From Spirochaetia bacterium (GTDB lineage Bacteria > Spirochaetota > Spirochaetia > SZUA-6 > Bin103), in contig CBDAOI010000004.1 of assembly GCA_965198005.1 (NCBI GenBank), positions 544,001-608,000 on the forward strand: a stretch of DNA of 64,000 bases, given 5' to 3'. The notes under the pieces are model-generated. The model saw only the letters and a list, made by a program, of their open reading frames with translations. It was not told the DNA's origin and ran no database searches. The position numbers and the translations under genes were made by a program. Of the stretch, positions 12,682 to 23,074 are shown in pieces. The stretch's first letter is position 1, and each line of letters starts with the position of its first letter.

Positions 12682-14013
12682 TCCGGCACGCTTCGCTCAG
12701 GGTCTCCACGTGCCGCGCTGCCGTCTTCCGTCTGCGTCGTCGTCTCGTAGATCGCTCGGTACGCCGTAGGGGAGGTCCACCGTCCGTCGGCGGCGGGCCA
12801 CAGATCGTACACGGCCCGGCTGGCATCCACCAGATCCATTCTGGCCAGCTCCTCCGGCAGATTCGACTTCCGGACGAATCCGTTGTTGTTCAGAACCGCG
12901 CGGATCTTTTCCCAGTCGTCGTAGAAGTACTCCTGCAGCAGCGGCATGACTCGGGTCCGGAACGTGCTCGCGAGCAACTCCACGGTGTCTACCCTCAGGA
13001 AGTAGGTGTGTCCGATCTGGTGCTCCCGATCCAGCAATACGGCGATGCGAAGATTCATCGCGGCCAGAAGCTTGCTGCAATCGACGCCGTCCACGTCCGC
13101 ACTGAGGCCTGGATGGGACGGGTCCGGCATCATCTCCTCGAACACGAAGCAGCGCGTGCAGTCCGCGGTGTGTCGCCGGTACGCCAAAGGCCGTCTTCGA
13201 GCCGGGCAGTGTCACCCGCGCTTCGTCGGCTTGGCCGATTCGCTTTGAGTCCTCGATCAGGGTGATCAGCTCGCCGAAGATTCGGGCAATGTTGCCGCGG
13301 TTGATTTCGTCGATGACCAGGACGTAGCGCCGGTTCGGCTCCAGCGCGGCGCGCTCCGCGATGCGCCGGAACACGCCGCGCGACAACTCATACCGAACCT
13401 CGCCAGCATCTCCGGGTTCGGGCCGGGTCTCCGCGCTGTCGCTCGCGCCGTCTGCCAGAACCGGACGGATGCCTTCAACAAAGTCCTCGTAGGTGGTGTT
13501 TTGGTGAAACGTCACCATCTCGATTCGCCCGGCACCTTGATGCTCGTCGAACCGGCGCTTGACGATAGCGCGGTCCTCCGCCGCCACCTCACCGACTTCC
13601 CGATCCTCGACAACCGCCACCGCGTACGTGACGGTATGCCACGTCTTCCCGGTTCCGGGCGGGCCGTAGAGAATCGTGTTCAGGGCATGCGCCAATCGAA
13701 CCGGACCGCGACGCGGCGGCCGGGGGTCGGGATGCTCCCGGTGGAGCTTCCATACGACCGATTGAGCGTCCAGTCGTGTACTCGGTCTATCCATGCCCCG
13801 CCTCCGTGCTTCTTCGAGTACACGGTCAAGGAATCCAAGGGCATACTCGTACTCATCCCCTACATCGGCGGCGGAAGGCTCCGGATAGCCCAGTCTCTGA
13901 TATACGGCTCGGAACGGCGTTTGTCGGTATGGCGGATACTGTTGCGGATCGATCCCCATCATGAGATACGATGCGAAATTGAGGCGAGTGCCCGTGGCTC
14001 CTCGGGGGTACAC
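12678..14013 (-). pseudogene. mcrB: McrB-family AAA+ GTPase, 5'-truncated and frameshifted
   Basis: ILYGPPGTGKT, TFHQNTTYEDFVEG, IDEINRGN, HQIGHTYF. The GTMNTAD segment is deleted at about 13175 with a frameshift. Confidence 0.85.
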
Positions 14014-14036
14014 GCTTTCGGGTAGTCTGCCGTCGA

Positions 14037-14398
14037 ATGAACCCCGCGCGAGTCATCCGGGCTCGCGACGAGTGCACGGTCGTGACCTTTCACGAAGTCA
14101 AAGCGGTGACCCTCTACGCGGGGTACGCGCGTGGGACGGGAACTCCGGGCCGGCCGTCAATACGCTCAAGTGTCTGCGGGCGTCCGCCCTCCACGACGCG
14201 TGGTGCCAGGCCATGCGCGCCGACATCTTCGAGAACAGCTTCCGCAATTGGGTAGCCGGAGCGTCGGAATACCAACGGATCTGTCGGCAGGACGGCATGG
14301 GCTGGCTGAGGGCCAAGTCGCGCTACCTCGCGATCCTATGCTACGGCGGCTGGAAGAAAGTCATGGGCAGGCTCCGTCCGGCGGCGACCCAGCCTTGA
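14037..14398 (+). pseudogene. DUF1353-like protein, frameshifted
   Basis: AGYA/WDGNSGP..RASALHDAWCQAMR..ICRQDGMGWLRA; the frame breaks in a GCGCG run at about 14126-14131. Confidence 0.5.
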
Positions 14399-14916
14399 CT
14401 TGCTTTGCTAACCGTCATTCGCTGGCGTATCAGGGGGTGCTGGGTAGCGAGCGGTGCGCCGAGCATTAAGCTTCCTGGACTCGAACTCATCGGCGACCGA
14501 GACAATAAGCGCGGAATTCTTGAGGTTCCCCCTGGGTAAGACCGTATCGCTCCATTGGCCGCGACGGTCGCCTTCAACAGGTGCACGTGGTAACCGGGCA
14601 CGCCCATGTTGCCAGGCCGAGCAGTAACAGGATCCACCGCAGCCGGGGCACCAGGTCCGCGCGGATAGTTGTGCCCGCCTACTTCCGTCGCTCTTCTGCC
14701 AAGTTGGGCGAGGCCAGCGATGTCCGGTAAGGCGCTTCTGTCGCCCTGGGATCACCAGGCGCCGTCTCAGCTCAGTAGGGTGGGTGAGTGGCGACTATCC
14801 GGCCCCGTTGACGGGCGCACACCACCCCGCCAAACTCTGCCATGAAGGAGGGGCTGTCCACAGGAGGCCCGGGAATCGGCGATCTGACCGGCACCGCCTC
14901 CTTCCGGGAGGACCGC

Positions 14917-15159
14917 ATGGCACGTCACGACTCGACAGAGGGCAGCTCGATGGTGACCGTCCACGTATACCGTGCTGAGGAGGGCGGCTTTTGGGCAGAG
15001 ATGCCCGAGTATCCGGGGTGTTACACCCAGGGCGAGACCATGGACGAGCTCAAGGAAAACGTCCGTGAAGCCGTCCTGTGCTACATCGACGCTGGGTATG
15101 CCGACCAGCGAACGACCGAAAGAACGGAGAGGCCTGAGATTCTGCAGGTTGCTCTGTGA
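14917..15159 (+). CDS. hicB: HicB-family antitoxin (short form)
   Basis: EEGGFWAEMPEYPGCYTQGETMDELKENVREAV; GGAGG RBS upstream. Confidence 0.9.
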   Translation: MARHDSTEGSSMVTVHVYRAEEGGFWAEMPEYPGCYTQGETMDELKENVREAVLCYIDAGYADQRTTERTERPEILQVAL

Positions 15160-15356
15160 AGGTAGTTTCTGGACGGGACCTTGTACGAATCCTGAAAGCT
15201 CGAGGGTGGGTCGTAGATAGAATCAGGGGTAGCCATTACGCCCTGTCCTGCGAGACTCGCAAGGTGGTCGTCCCGGTGCACGGCAACAGAGATCTGAGGA
15301 TCGGGCTTCAAGCTCGACTGATGAAGGATGCCGGGATAGCCGAAGCAGATCTGTGA
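15156..15356 (+). CDS. hicA: HicA-family mRNA interferase toxin
   Basis: GWVVDRIRGSHY..VPVHGNRDL..MKDAGI; GTGA overlap with hicB. Confidence 0.9.
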   Translation: MKVVSGRDLVRILKARGWVVDRIRGSHYALSCETRKVVVPVHGNRDLRIGLQARLMKDAGIAEADL

Positions 15357-15507
15357 AGGCTGGTCCGTTTCAGCCCGTACATTACCGAGGCGCCAACCCT
15401 ACCCGGCGTGCGCGCCGCGGCGCCAGTGCTGCAGGTGACCTGCGGACACCGCTTACGGCGAACGGAAAGCCGACGATCTCGCGTTGCAAGGCGGGCGGCT
15501 GAAGCTG

Positions 15508-16695
15508 ATGCGCCTGTCATGGAACGAGGTCCGCGCCCGCGCCGCCGCCTTCGCCGAGGACTGGAAGAACGCGGCCTACGAGAAGGGCGAGACGCAGAGC
15601 TTCTACAAGGCCTTTTTCGAAGTGTTCGGGGTACGGCGGCGGAACGTCGCGCGCTACGAGGCGCATGTCGCCAAGCTCGACCACCGCTCGGGCTTCATAG
15701 ACCTGTTCTGGCCTGGCGTTCTAATCGTCGAACAGAAGAGCGCTGGGCGCGACCTGAAGGCCGCCTATGAGCAGGCCGGGGAGTACTTCGACGCACTCCC
15801 CGAGCGCGAGCGTCCGCGCTACATCCTGGTGAGCGACTTCCAGACCTTCGAGCTTCGGGACCTGGACGAACAGGAAGTTGCCGCCTTCCGGCTCGCGGAC
15901 CTGCCCGCGCATGTCGAGGCGTTTGGCTTCATCATCGGCGTGCAACGCCGGACTTTCCGCGATCAGGATCCGGCGAACATCAAAGCTGCGGAGCTGGTCG
16001 GGCGGCTGCATGACACGCTCGCGGAGGCAGGCCACCGGGGGCATGACCTGGAACGCTTCCTCGTGCGCGTCGTGTTCTGCATGTTCGCCGACGACACCGG
16101 GGTGTTCGAGCCGCGCGACATCTTCCTCGACTTCATCGAGACGCGGACCGGCGAGGACGGGGCCGATCTCGGGCCGTGGATAGCGCAACTGTTTGAAGTG
16201 CTCGACACTCCGGAGGACGAACGCGCGGCGACCCTCGACGAGGACCTGGCGCGGTTCCCCTACATCAACGGCGATCTGTTCGAGGGGCACCTGCGGACGT
16301 TCTCGTTCGACTCGGCGATGCGCGGGGCGCTGCTAGATGCGTGCCGGTTCGACTGGTCGAACATTTCGCCCGCGATCTTCGGCGCGCTGTTTCAGTCGGT
16401 GATGGATCCCGTGCAACGCCGTGCCCAAGGTGCGCACTACACGACCGAAAAGAACATCCTCAAGGTGATCGAGCCGTTGTTCATGGACGACCTGCGCGCC
16501 GAGCTCAAGCGGGTGCGGATGCGGCGGGGGCGAGACGGTCCGGCGGTGCTCCGGCAGTTCCAGGCAAACCTCCGCGGTCTGACGTTCTTCGACCCGGCGT
16601 GCGGATGCGGCAACTTTCTCATCGTCGCCTACCGGGAACTGCGGATGCTCGAAATCGAGGTGATCCGCGAAATCGTGGGCGGGGAGCAGAAGCTC
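15508..16695 (+). pseudogene. MmeI-type (Type IIL) restriction-modification enzyme, C-terminally truncated
   Basis: LSWNEVRARA, FIDLFWPGVLIVEQKS, GAHYTTEKNI and motif I FFDPACGCGNFL; no NPPF motif or target-recognition domain. Confidence 0.85.
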
Positions 16696-16739
16696 TTGCG
16701 GCGACGTGCGCAGGAGTGTCGGTGCGGAGTTTGGGGTAG

Positions 16740-17841
16740 TGAACGAGGGGGACTGGGGCCTGAGCTGACTGACGCTACTCCCGGACGATGCGCAGGCGGG
16801 GCCGCCCGGTGTTCGGCTGCTGGAGCGACGGCACCTGTCCGTCGGCATCGGGAGCTGAGCCGGGTCACTGACAACTGGATCTTCTACTGGCGGTTCCTGG
16901 CCCACCTGCAGGACCGGGACTACCGCCCGCGCACCGTGCAGCGCTACCACCAGATGCTGCGCTTCCTGAGCTGGCTGGACGGCCGGTCGCTGCGCAGCGT
17001 GGTGCGAGAGGATATCGAGCGCTACCTGCTGTACCGCAAGGCCCAGCGGCAGCGGGTCGCCTACACGATCCGCTACACGCGGGAGGTGCTGGCGGCGTTC
17101 TTTCAGTGGCTGATGCAATACTGTTCCATCGAGGTGAACCCCGCGGCCGGGCTGCGGATTCGGCTCTACTACCCGCAGCCGGAGCGGCTGGACTTGTTCA
17201 GCCATGACGAGACGCTACTGTTGGTGCGGGCGCCGGCACGTGCCCGCGAGCGGCTGCAGCGCTCGGAGTTTTCGACCGAGCATGCGTGGCGAGCGCAGCG
17301 GTATCGCTTGGCGATGCAGCACCTGATCCTGAAGCTGCTGTTCTCCACCGGGATGCGGCCCTGTGAGATCGTGAGCTTGGAGCTTCAGGACGTGGACCAC
17401 GAGCAGCTCAAGCTGCGGGTGCGCGCCAAAGGCAGGCAACGCTACCTGGAGCGGCAGCGGAGCGCCTTCATTACCGCGCGCACGGCGCAGCAACTGCAGG
17501 AATTGCTGGCGCAAGCGGCGGCGGTCCGTAGCGGCGCATCACAGGATCGGCTGTTCATCCACCACCGCGGCGGGAAGCCGTTGGCTTCCGGCTATGTCAA
17601 TATCGTAGTCAAGCAGTGGGCTGCCCGGTGCGGGATAGCACGCACCGTGTACGCCTACATGGCGCGCTATACGTTCTGTACGCGGCTGGTGGAGAACGGC
17701 GCCGACCTGTACAGCCTGAAGCGGCTGATGGGTCACACCCAGACGGCGGTGACGCTGAAGCACTACTTGAAGCTCACGCCGAGCGAGTTGCGGCGCGAAT
17801 GGAAGGAGTTCAATCCGCTGGTGGCGGGAGTGAAGGAATGA
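16740..17841 (+). CDS. Tyrosine recombinase (XerC/D-like); start uncertain, in frame with the MmeI fragment
   Basis: SAM-like domain, LFSTGMRPCE, AKG, YMARYTFCT, LMGH, HY. Confidence 0.85.
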
Positions 17842-19145
17842 CGCTGGACGCGGCGATCGACAGCTACCGGAACGACCTGCACGAGCGGCATTACTCGGCC
17901 GCTGATATGGAGCGCAAGCAGAACCTGTTGCGGCGCTGGCTGTCGTACGCAGTGGCGCTGCATCAACCGGGGCTGCCGTCGCGGCTGCTGAAGATGACGG
18001 AGATCCGGCTGTACGGTGGTCGTGGTGTGGTGGGCGCCGCCGGAACAGCTGAGCGGCACGCCGCGGTAGCGGAGTTTCTGAATTGGTGGCGGACGGCAGA
18101 CGCGAACGTGAGGCACGTGGCGCTGGCGACCCTGATAGATCAATACCGCCGCGAACAGCTTGCCGGGCGCGCCGATGAAGCGCGCCGGCGGCGCGCCGTC
18201 GATGACTTCTGCCGTGGCCTCGGACTGGAGCTGGCGCTGCGCAGCATGGCAGCGAATACGTATCGTCAGGCGCTGGGATGGCTGCGGGCACAGCGCATCG
18301 AGCGCGCGGCGACCTATAGCGCTACGTTTTTCGTGTACTGTGGCGAGCACGGCTGGCTGTCCTTCCAACCGCCCAGCCGTACGGTGCGGGAACCCTATCA
18401 ACAGGTGTTTGACGCCGAGTTCCTGGGCACCGATGGCGGGCTCTGGAGCGAGCGGCTGCGGCGCTATCTGGAATACCTGAAGAGCGAGCGCAATCTGAGC
18501 GACGGCGGTATCGATTACTACGTGCGCAAACTCAAGGTGTTCGTCGAGTGGCTGAACGCCAGTGCCGAGGCGGAGCCGACAACCGTGCCGGCGATCAAGC
18601 GCTTCCTCAGCGAGAGGCACCGGCAGGGATGCAAGCTGAGCACGGTGGCGAAGCACCTGTACGCGCTGCGGGTGTTCTTCGAGTTTCTGGTTGACAAAGG
18701 AATTATCGACAGCAACCCGGCGCTGGAGCTGAGCCTCAGGGCGGACCCGGCGGAGCCCCAGGAGACCTTGACCCAGCTGGAGGTGGCGCAGCTGATCGAG
18801 TTCCTGGAAGACCAACAGCGGGCCAGCCGCGAGCGACTCGAGGCGGCCGTGCAGAGCACCCACCACGTCCGGGAGCGTGTCGATGCCCACCTCGATTGCC
18901 GGACCCGCGGGCCGGGTGGCGCGCGGGTGCAGACACACGGTCTGGTCGGCCTCCAGGATACGCGCGCGGGCACCGTGGGCGTCGCGCAGCAGGAGGTCGG
19001 CTGCACCGAACGTAGCGATCGGCGAGCCGCGCACGTGGGCCATGGTCTTGAGCAGCCCAGCCAGGAGCTGCCCCGGTTGTTCGACGCGGTACTCGGCCAT
19101 GGCGCCGATCGTAGCGCACGGCGACCACGAATCCAAATTCAATGA
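17838..19145 (+). pseudogene. Second tyrosine recombinase; N-terminal/SAM part only, homology ends at about 18850
   Basis: ATGA-coupled to the first recombinase. YLEYLKSERNLS..YALRVFFEFL..NPA is present; the catalytic domain is absent. Confidence 0.7.
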
Positions 19146-19187
19146 AAAAAGGACTTCGCCGACCGCCGAACGGGCGGGCGAAGTCCT
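19145..19187 (-). terminator. Rho-independent terminator
   Basis: Stem GGACTTCGCC/GGCGAAGTCC followed by a T6 run on the minus strand, downstream of the 19216-19497 gene. Confidence 0.75.
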
Positions 19188-19215
19188 CGGGATCGGGCGT
19201 CGGACCCGGACGGCC

Positions 19216-19497
19216 TCAGTAGCCGCTCAGCGGGCACCCGACGCCGTTGGCGTAGCCATAGCCCTTGGCTTCCGTCATGCTCTGCACGGCCGTCTGCGTC
19301 CGGACGCTGGCCGTCACCGCGCTGGTGGAAGCCGGCGCCGCGGGCGCCGCCACCTCTGTGGCAGCCTCCACGACCGGTTCGGAAACCACCTGGGGCAAGC
19401 TGAGCGAAAACGGAAGTGCGTCGCCGAAGACGAACGACATCACCACCAGGGTGAAGGCCGCCATTGCCACGAATGCTACCATCGCGATGCGCATCAT
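19216..19497 (-). CDS. Small exported/membrane-anchored hypothetical protein
   Basis: GGAGG RBS, N-terminal hydrophobic helix, Ala/Pro-rich linker, C-terminal GCP, followed by a terminator. Confidence 0.6.
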   Translation of the reverse strand: MMRIAMVAFVAMAAFTLVVMSFVFGDALPFSLSLPQVVSEPVVEAATEVAAPAAPASTSAVTASVRTQTAVQSMTEAKGYGYANGVGCPLSGY

Positions 19498-19558
19498 CTG
19501 ACCTCCCGGATACTGAATGTAGCGCCTGCCAGGGACACTGTCAAACGCCCTGCGCGCC

Positions 19559-20917
19559 CTACGGCAGCCAGCCGGGAGAGCGTCCGGTGAGCGGCCGGCC
19601 GGCCGCCGCGCCGCGCGCAGTATCCCACACCACGATCTCCGATTGCGAATCGGCGGTTTCCAGGGGAATCCGGTGGAAAGCGAGATACCGGCCGTCGGCG
19701 CTCCATTGGGCTGCGCCATGGTCGGCGGCGGCGTCGTCGGTGAGTTGCTGCGCGGAGCCGGCGCGCTCCAGCAGCCACACCTGCCCGCCTCCCCCAGCCC
19801 CCGCGGGGCGCCGCAGCAGGCTCACGCGCGCCCCGTCCGGCGGTGCCCAGCGCAGCCCCCATTCCTCATCCCGGGTGGTGCCGGCACCGGCGAACCAGGG
19901 ACGTTCCAGCGTCAGCGACGGCACGTCCAGCGTCACCAGGCGGGTCCGGAAGTGAGGGTCGTCCACCTGCACGTCGGTCACCACCAGCTTGCCGCCGTCG
20001 GGGCTCCAGACCGGCGGTTCGCCGGTGCGGCTGGGGATGAACGCCGAGGCTCCGTCCCGGAGTTGAACTACGCGCACCCCGTTTTCCAACGGCGCCACCC
20101 ACGCCAGCGACTCGCCGTCGGGCGCCCAGCGCGGCTCGAAGCCGACGAAGCTCGCGTCCTCCAGCACCGGCCGCAACCGGCCGCCGTCGCGGTCGATCAG
20201 GTAGACCCGCGGCGGTGCCGGCAGGGTGCGGCGGGCAAATGCGACCGCGCCCCCGCCCGGCGCCCAGCGCGGCCCGAAGCAGTGGTCGGCGCGGCAGTCG
20301 AGCAGGCGCCGTTCGGCGCCGCCTGCAATGTCCACCACGAACAGATCGTTACCGGCCTGGTCGCGCGGCGCCGAATACACCACGGCCGATCCGTCCTGCG
20401 CCACGTGATAATCCCATACGCCGTCGGGACGGTCGGTGACCTGGAGCGGCGTTCCGGTCAGGCCGGCACTGAACAACTGGTCGCGGCCGGCAGCGTCCGG
20501 ACCGAGGTACATGACACGCAACGGAGCGGTGGTGAACTGCCAACTGCGCGGGCGCAGCAACCGCCGCCCCTGCGCGCCGGCGAGCCCGGCCTCCAAGTAC
20601 AGGGTGTAGGTGGTCGTGCGTTGCAGCGGGCGCCGGGGGCGTAGCGTCACCGTCCGCGTGGACCAGATCAGCTCGACCGGCGTTTCCGGCACCAAGCGCA
20701 CCGGCATCGCGGCCGCACCGGACGGGAGCGCGGCGGGCACCACCGGCTGATCGAACACGATCCGTGGCCGGACCAGAGTCGAAACCAGATCGGCGTCGTC
20801 CGGCGGCCACACTTCGCTGACCCGTACGCCCACGCGATCGCCGATCACGCCCAGCGTGACCACCGCCGCCGCCAGCGCGGCGAGCACGGTCAGGACCAGA
20901 CGGTCGAACGGCGGCAT
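19559..20917 (-). CDS. Membrane-anchored Ig-like (Big_5) plus TolB-like beta-propeller protein
   Basis: N-terminal TM; LRPRRPLQRTTTYTLYL..WQFTT; repeated P-x-W-(A/S)-PDG motifs. Confidence 0.75.
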   Translation of the reverse strand: MPPFDRLVLTVLAALAAAVVTLGVIGDRVGVRVSEVWPPDDADLVSTLVRPRIVFDQPVVPAALPSGAAAMPVRLVPETPVELIWSTRTVTLRPRRPLQRTTTYTLYLEAGLAGAQGRRLLRPRSWQFTTAPLRVMYLGPDAAGRDQLFSAGLTGTPLQVTDRPDGVWDYHVAQDGSAVVYSAPRDQAGNDLFVVDIAGGAERRLLDCRADHCFGPRWAPGGGAVAFARRTLPAPPRVYLIDRDGGRLRPVLEDASFVGFEPRWAPDGESLAWVAPLENGVRVVQLRDGASAFIPSRTGEPPVWSPDGGKLVVTDVQVDDPHFRTRLVTLDVPSLTLERPWFAGAGTTRDEEWGLRWAPPDGARVSLLRRPAGAGGGGQVWLLERAGSAQQLTDDAAADHGAAQWSADGRYLAFHRIPLETADSQSEIVVWDTARGAAAGRPLTGRSPGWLP

Positions 20918-20933
20918 CGCAGACTCAGCAGAC

Positions 20934-21695
20934 TCAATAGTAGAGATAGGGCTGAGCGGGTTGCTCCGCGGCGACCACCTCGGTGGCCACCAGCATCGGC
21001 ACCCGCTCATCCAGGAAGATTTCGACGCTGAATTCGCCGGTCACCCACACCCACGCGTCGTCGTCCAGGAAGTCCGCGTCGGGCCAGCGCACCGCCAGCC
21101 CGATCGGCACCGCGTCGGCGACGCAGCAACTCAACAGGAAGCGACTGACCATGAAGGTTCCGGCGGGGAACCGTTCGTCGCGGTACACGAAGCCGCGCAC
21201 GCGGGCAGTCTCGCCGGCGAATCGGCTGGCATCGCCGCCGGTGCCATCCGCCTGGTGGAACAGCACCAGCCAGTCGAGCACCGTGCGCGCACCGCCCGGA
21301 TCGGCAATGGTCGCGTCGGCGGTGACGGCCCTCCCGGCGGCCGCCGGTATCGCGCCAATCTGCAGCGCCCGGGTGGCCATCGCTGCGGTACCCAGCGGCC
21401 GCGGCGGGATCAGCCCCAGCACTACCGGGAGCGCGAGCAGGCCGATTCCGAGCCACGACAGCCGCTCGTGGTGGCCGCTAGCGTGGCCGCCGCGCACCGC
21501 CGCGGCCATGAGGACCGCCGCCAGCGCCACCAGGCAGGCGACCGCGACCACCGTCAGCCAGCCGTAGCGCAGGTTGACGTAGTAGCCCAGCGAACCGTCG
21601 AGGTAGCGCACCGCCAGCAGCGCGGCCAGCGCCAGCACCACGCCTGCGCGCAGCGCGGCAGCCGCCCGTCCGCCCGGCCGGCGATCCCGGTCCAT
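20934..21695 (-). CDS. TIGR03943/YcgQ (DUF1980) permease partner subunit
   Basis: GSLGYYVNLRY, VRGFVYR, SRFLLSCCVADA, WVWVTG. Confidence 0.85.
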   Translation of the reverse strand: MDRDRRPGGRAAAALRAGVVLALAALLAVRYLDGSLGYYVNLRYGWLTVVAVACLVALAAVLMAAAVRGGHASGHHERLSWLGIGLLALPVVLGLIPPRPLGTAAMATRALQIGAIPAAAGRAVTADATIADPGGARTVLDWLVLFHQADGTGGDASRFAGETARVRGFVYRDERFPAGTFMVSRFLLSCCVADAVPIGLAVRWPDADFLDDDAWVWVTGEFSVEIFLDERVPMLVATEVVAAEQPAQPYLYY

Positions 21696-22846
21696 CAGAA
21701 TCCCACCTGGGTAGCGAGCAGCAGGGCCGCCACCAGCGTGCACCCGAGCGGCAGCGCGATCAGGTAGGCCACCACCCGCGACCGGAACACGCTGGAGAAC
21801 ATCAGGGCGCTCTTGATGTCCACCATCGGCCCGAACACCAGGAACGCGAGAATCGAGGCCGGGGTGAAGGTGCCGACGAACGACAGCGCCACGAACGCAT
21901 CCACCGTGGAGCAGACCGAGATGACGAACGCGAGCAGGCTGAGCACCAGCACGGAGCTTACCGCGCCGCCGGCGACCTCCAGGATCGCATCCTGCGGCAC
22001 CAGCGCCTGCAAGGCCGCCGCCAGCAGCGAACCGGCGACCAGGTAGCGCCCGACGTCGAACAGATCGCCGGCCGCCGCCGCGACCGCACTGTGCAGGTGC
22101 TGCAAGAGGTTGCGGCGGCCGCTCCCGGCGTGATGCTCGTGGTGGGGTGGGTGGTGGTGACCGTGCGCATGATCGTGGGGCCGATGGCTCCGGCCGGCGG
22201 CCAGCACCTGGTCTCGCCGGGCCGTCGCGAACAGCAGCGCGATCACGGTGGCGATGCCGAAGCTGAGGGCGAAGCGTGCGACCAGCATCTTGCCCAGGCC
22301 GAAGGCGGCCAGCGTGGCGGCAAACACGATCGGGTTGACCACCGGCGCCGCCAGCAGGAACGCGATGCCGACCGGCAGCGGCAGTCCCTTGGCCAGCAGC
22401 CGGCGCACCACCACCACGATCCCGCATTCGCACACCGGCAGCACGATGCCGAGCCCGGCCCCGGCCAGGGCGGCGAGCAGCGGGTGGCGCGGCAGCCACC
22501 GCGTCAGCGCCTCGGGACGCACGAACACTTCGACGAAACCGGACGCCAGCGCGCCCAGCAGCAGGAACGGCAGCGCCTCGATGAAGATGCCCAGGAAGAT
22601 CGTGGTCAGCGTGAGCAGCCGGTCGGACAGCGCCACCGGCTCGGTAAAGGCGGCCTCGATGGAAGACTGCCGGGCGCCGGCCGCCCAGGACAGGACCACC
22701 GCCGCAACCGCGATCAGCACCACGCCACCGGCCACCCACCGGGCCCGCGGTGACCTCGCTACGATCAGCCGCCCGGCCGCGCCGGCGCGCAGCAACCACC
22801 GCACCGCAGGGATGCCGGCCCCGCTCACGGACGTGTCCGGTGCCAT
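21695..22846 (-). CDS. YcgR/UPF0718-family permease with a His-rich loop
   Basis: IFIEALPFLLLG, PVCECG, APVVNP, SVCSTVDAF, GPMVDIK; HRPHDHAHGHHHPPHHEHH. Confidence 0.85.
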   Translation of the reverse strand: MAPDTSVSGAGIPAVRWLLRAGAAGRLIVARSPRARWVAGGVVLIAVAAVVLSWAAGARQSSIEAAFTEPVALSDRLLTLTTIFLGIFIEALPFLLLGALASGFVEVFVRPEALTRWLPRHPLLAALAGAGLGIVLPVCECGIVVVVRRLLAKGLPLPVGIAFLLAAPVVNPIVFAATLAAFGLGKMLVARFALSFGIATVIALLFATARRDQVLAAGRSHRPHDHAHGHHHPPHHEHHAGSGRRNLLQHLHSAVAAAAGDLFDVGRYLVAGSLLAAALQALVPQDAILEVAGGAVSSVLVLSLLAFVISVCSTVDAFVALSFVGTFTPASILAFLVFGPMVDIKSALMFSSVFRSRVVAYLIALPLGCTLVAALLLATQVGF

Positions 22847-23074
22847 ACCCCGGCCCGGCTCACCGGGACCCCGGCCGGCCAGCTTGCCTGCCCTTCGTGC
22901 AGGGGTCGCACCTTACCGTCAGCCGGGCGTGACCACGCCGATAGTGGGTGCAGTCGCATGGCTCGGATGTCAGTGTGTCGTGCGAACCGTCACCAGCGCA
23001 AGCGGGCCGCCAGTTATTGCAGCAGGGCTTCGGCCTGGTACCAAGTTCAGGATAGCCGACTACGACGCGCGCTG

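Noticed and set aside
14560-14620. GVPGYHVHL motif resembling acetolactate decarboxylase
   Set aside because: Too short, with no flanking homology.
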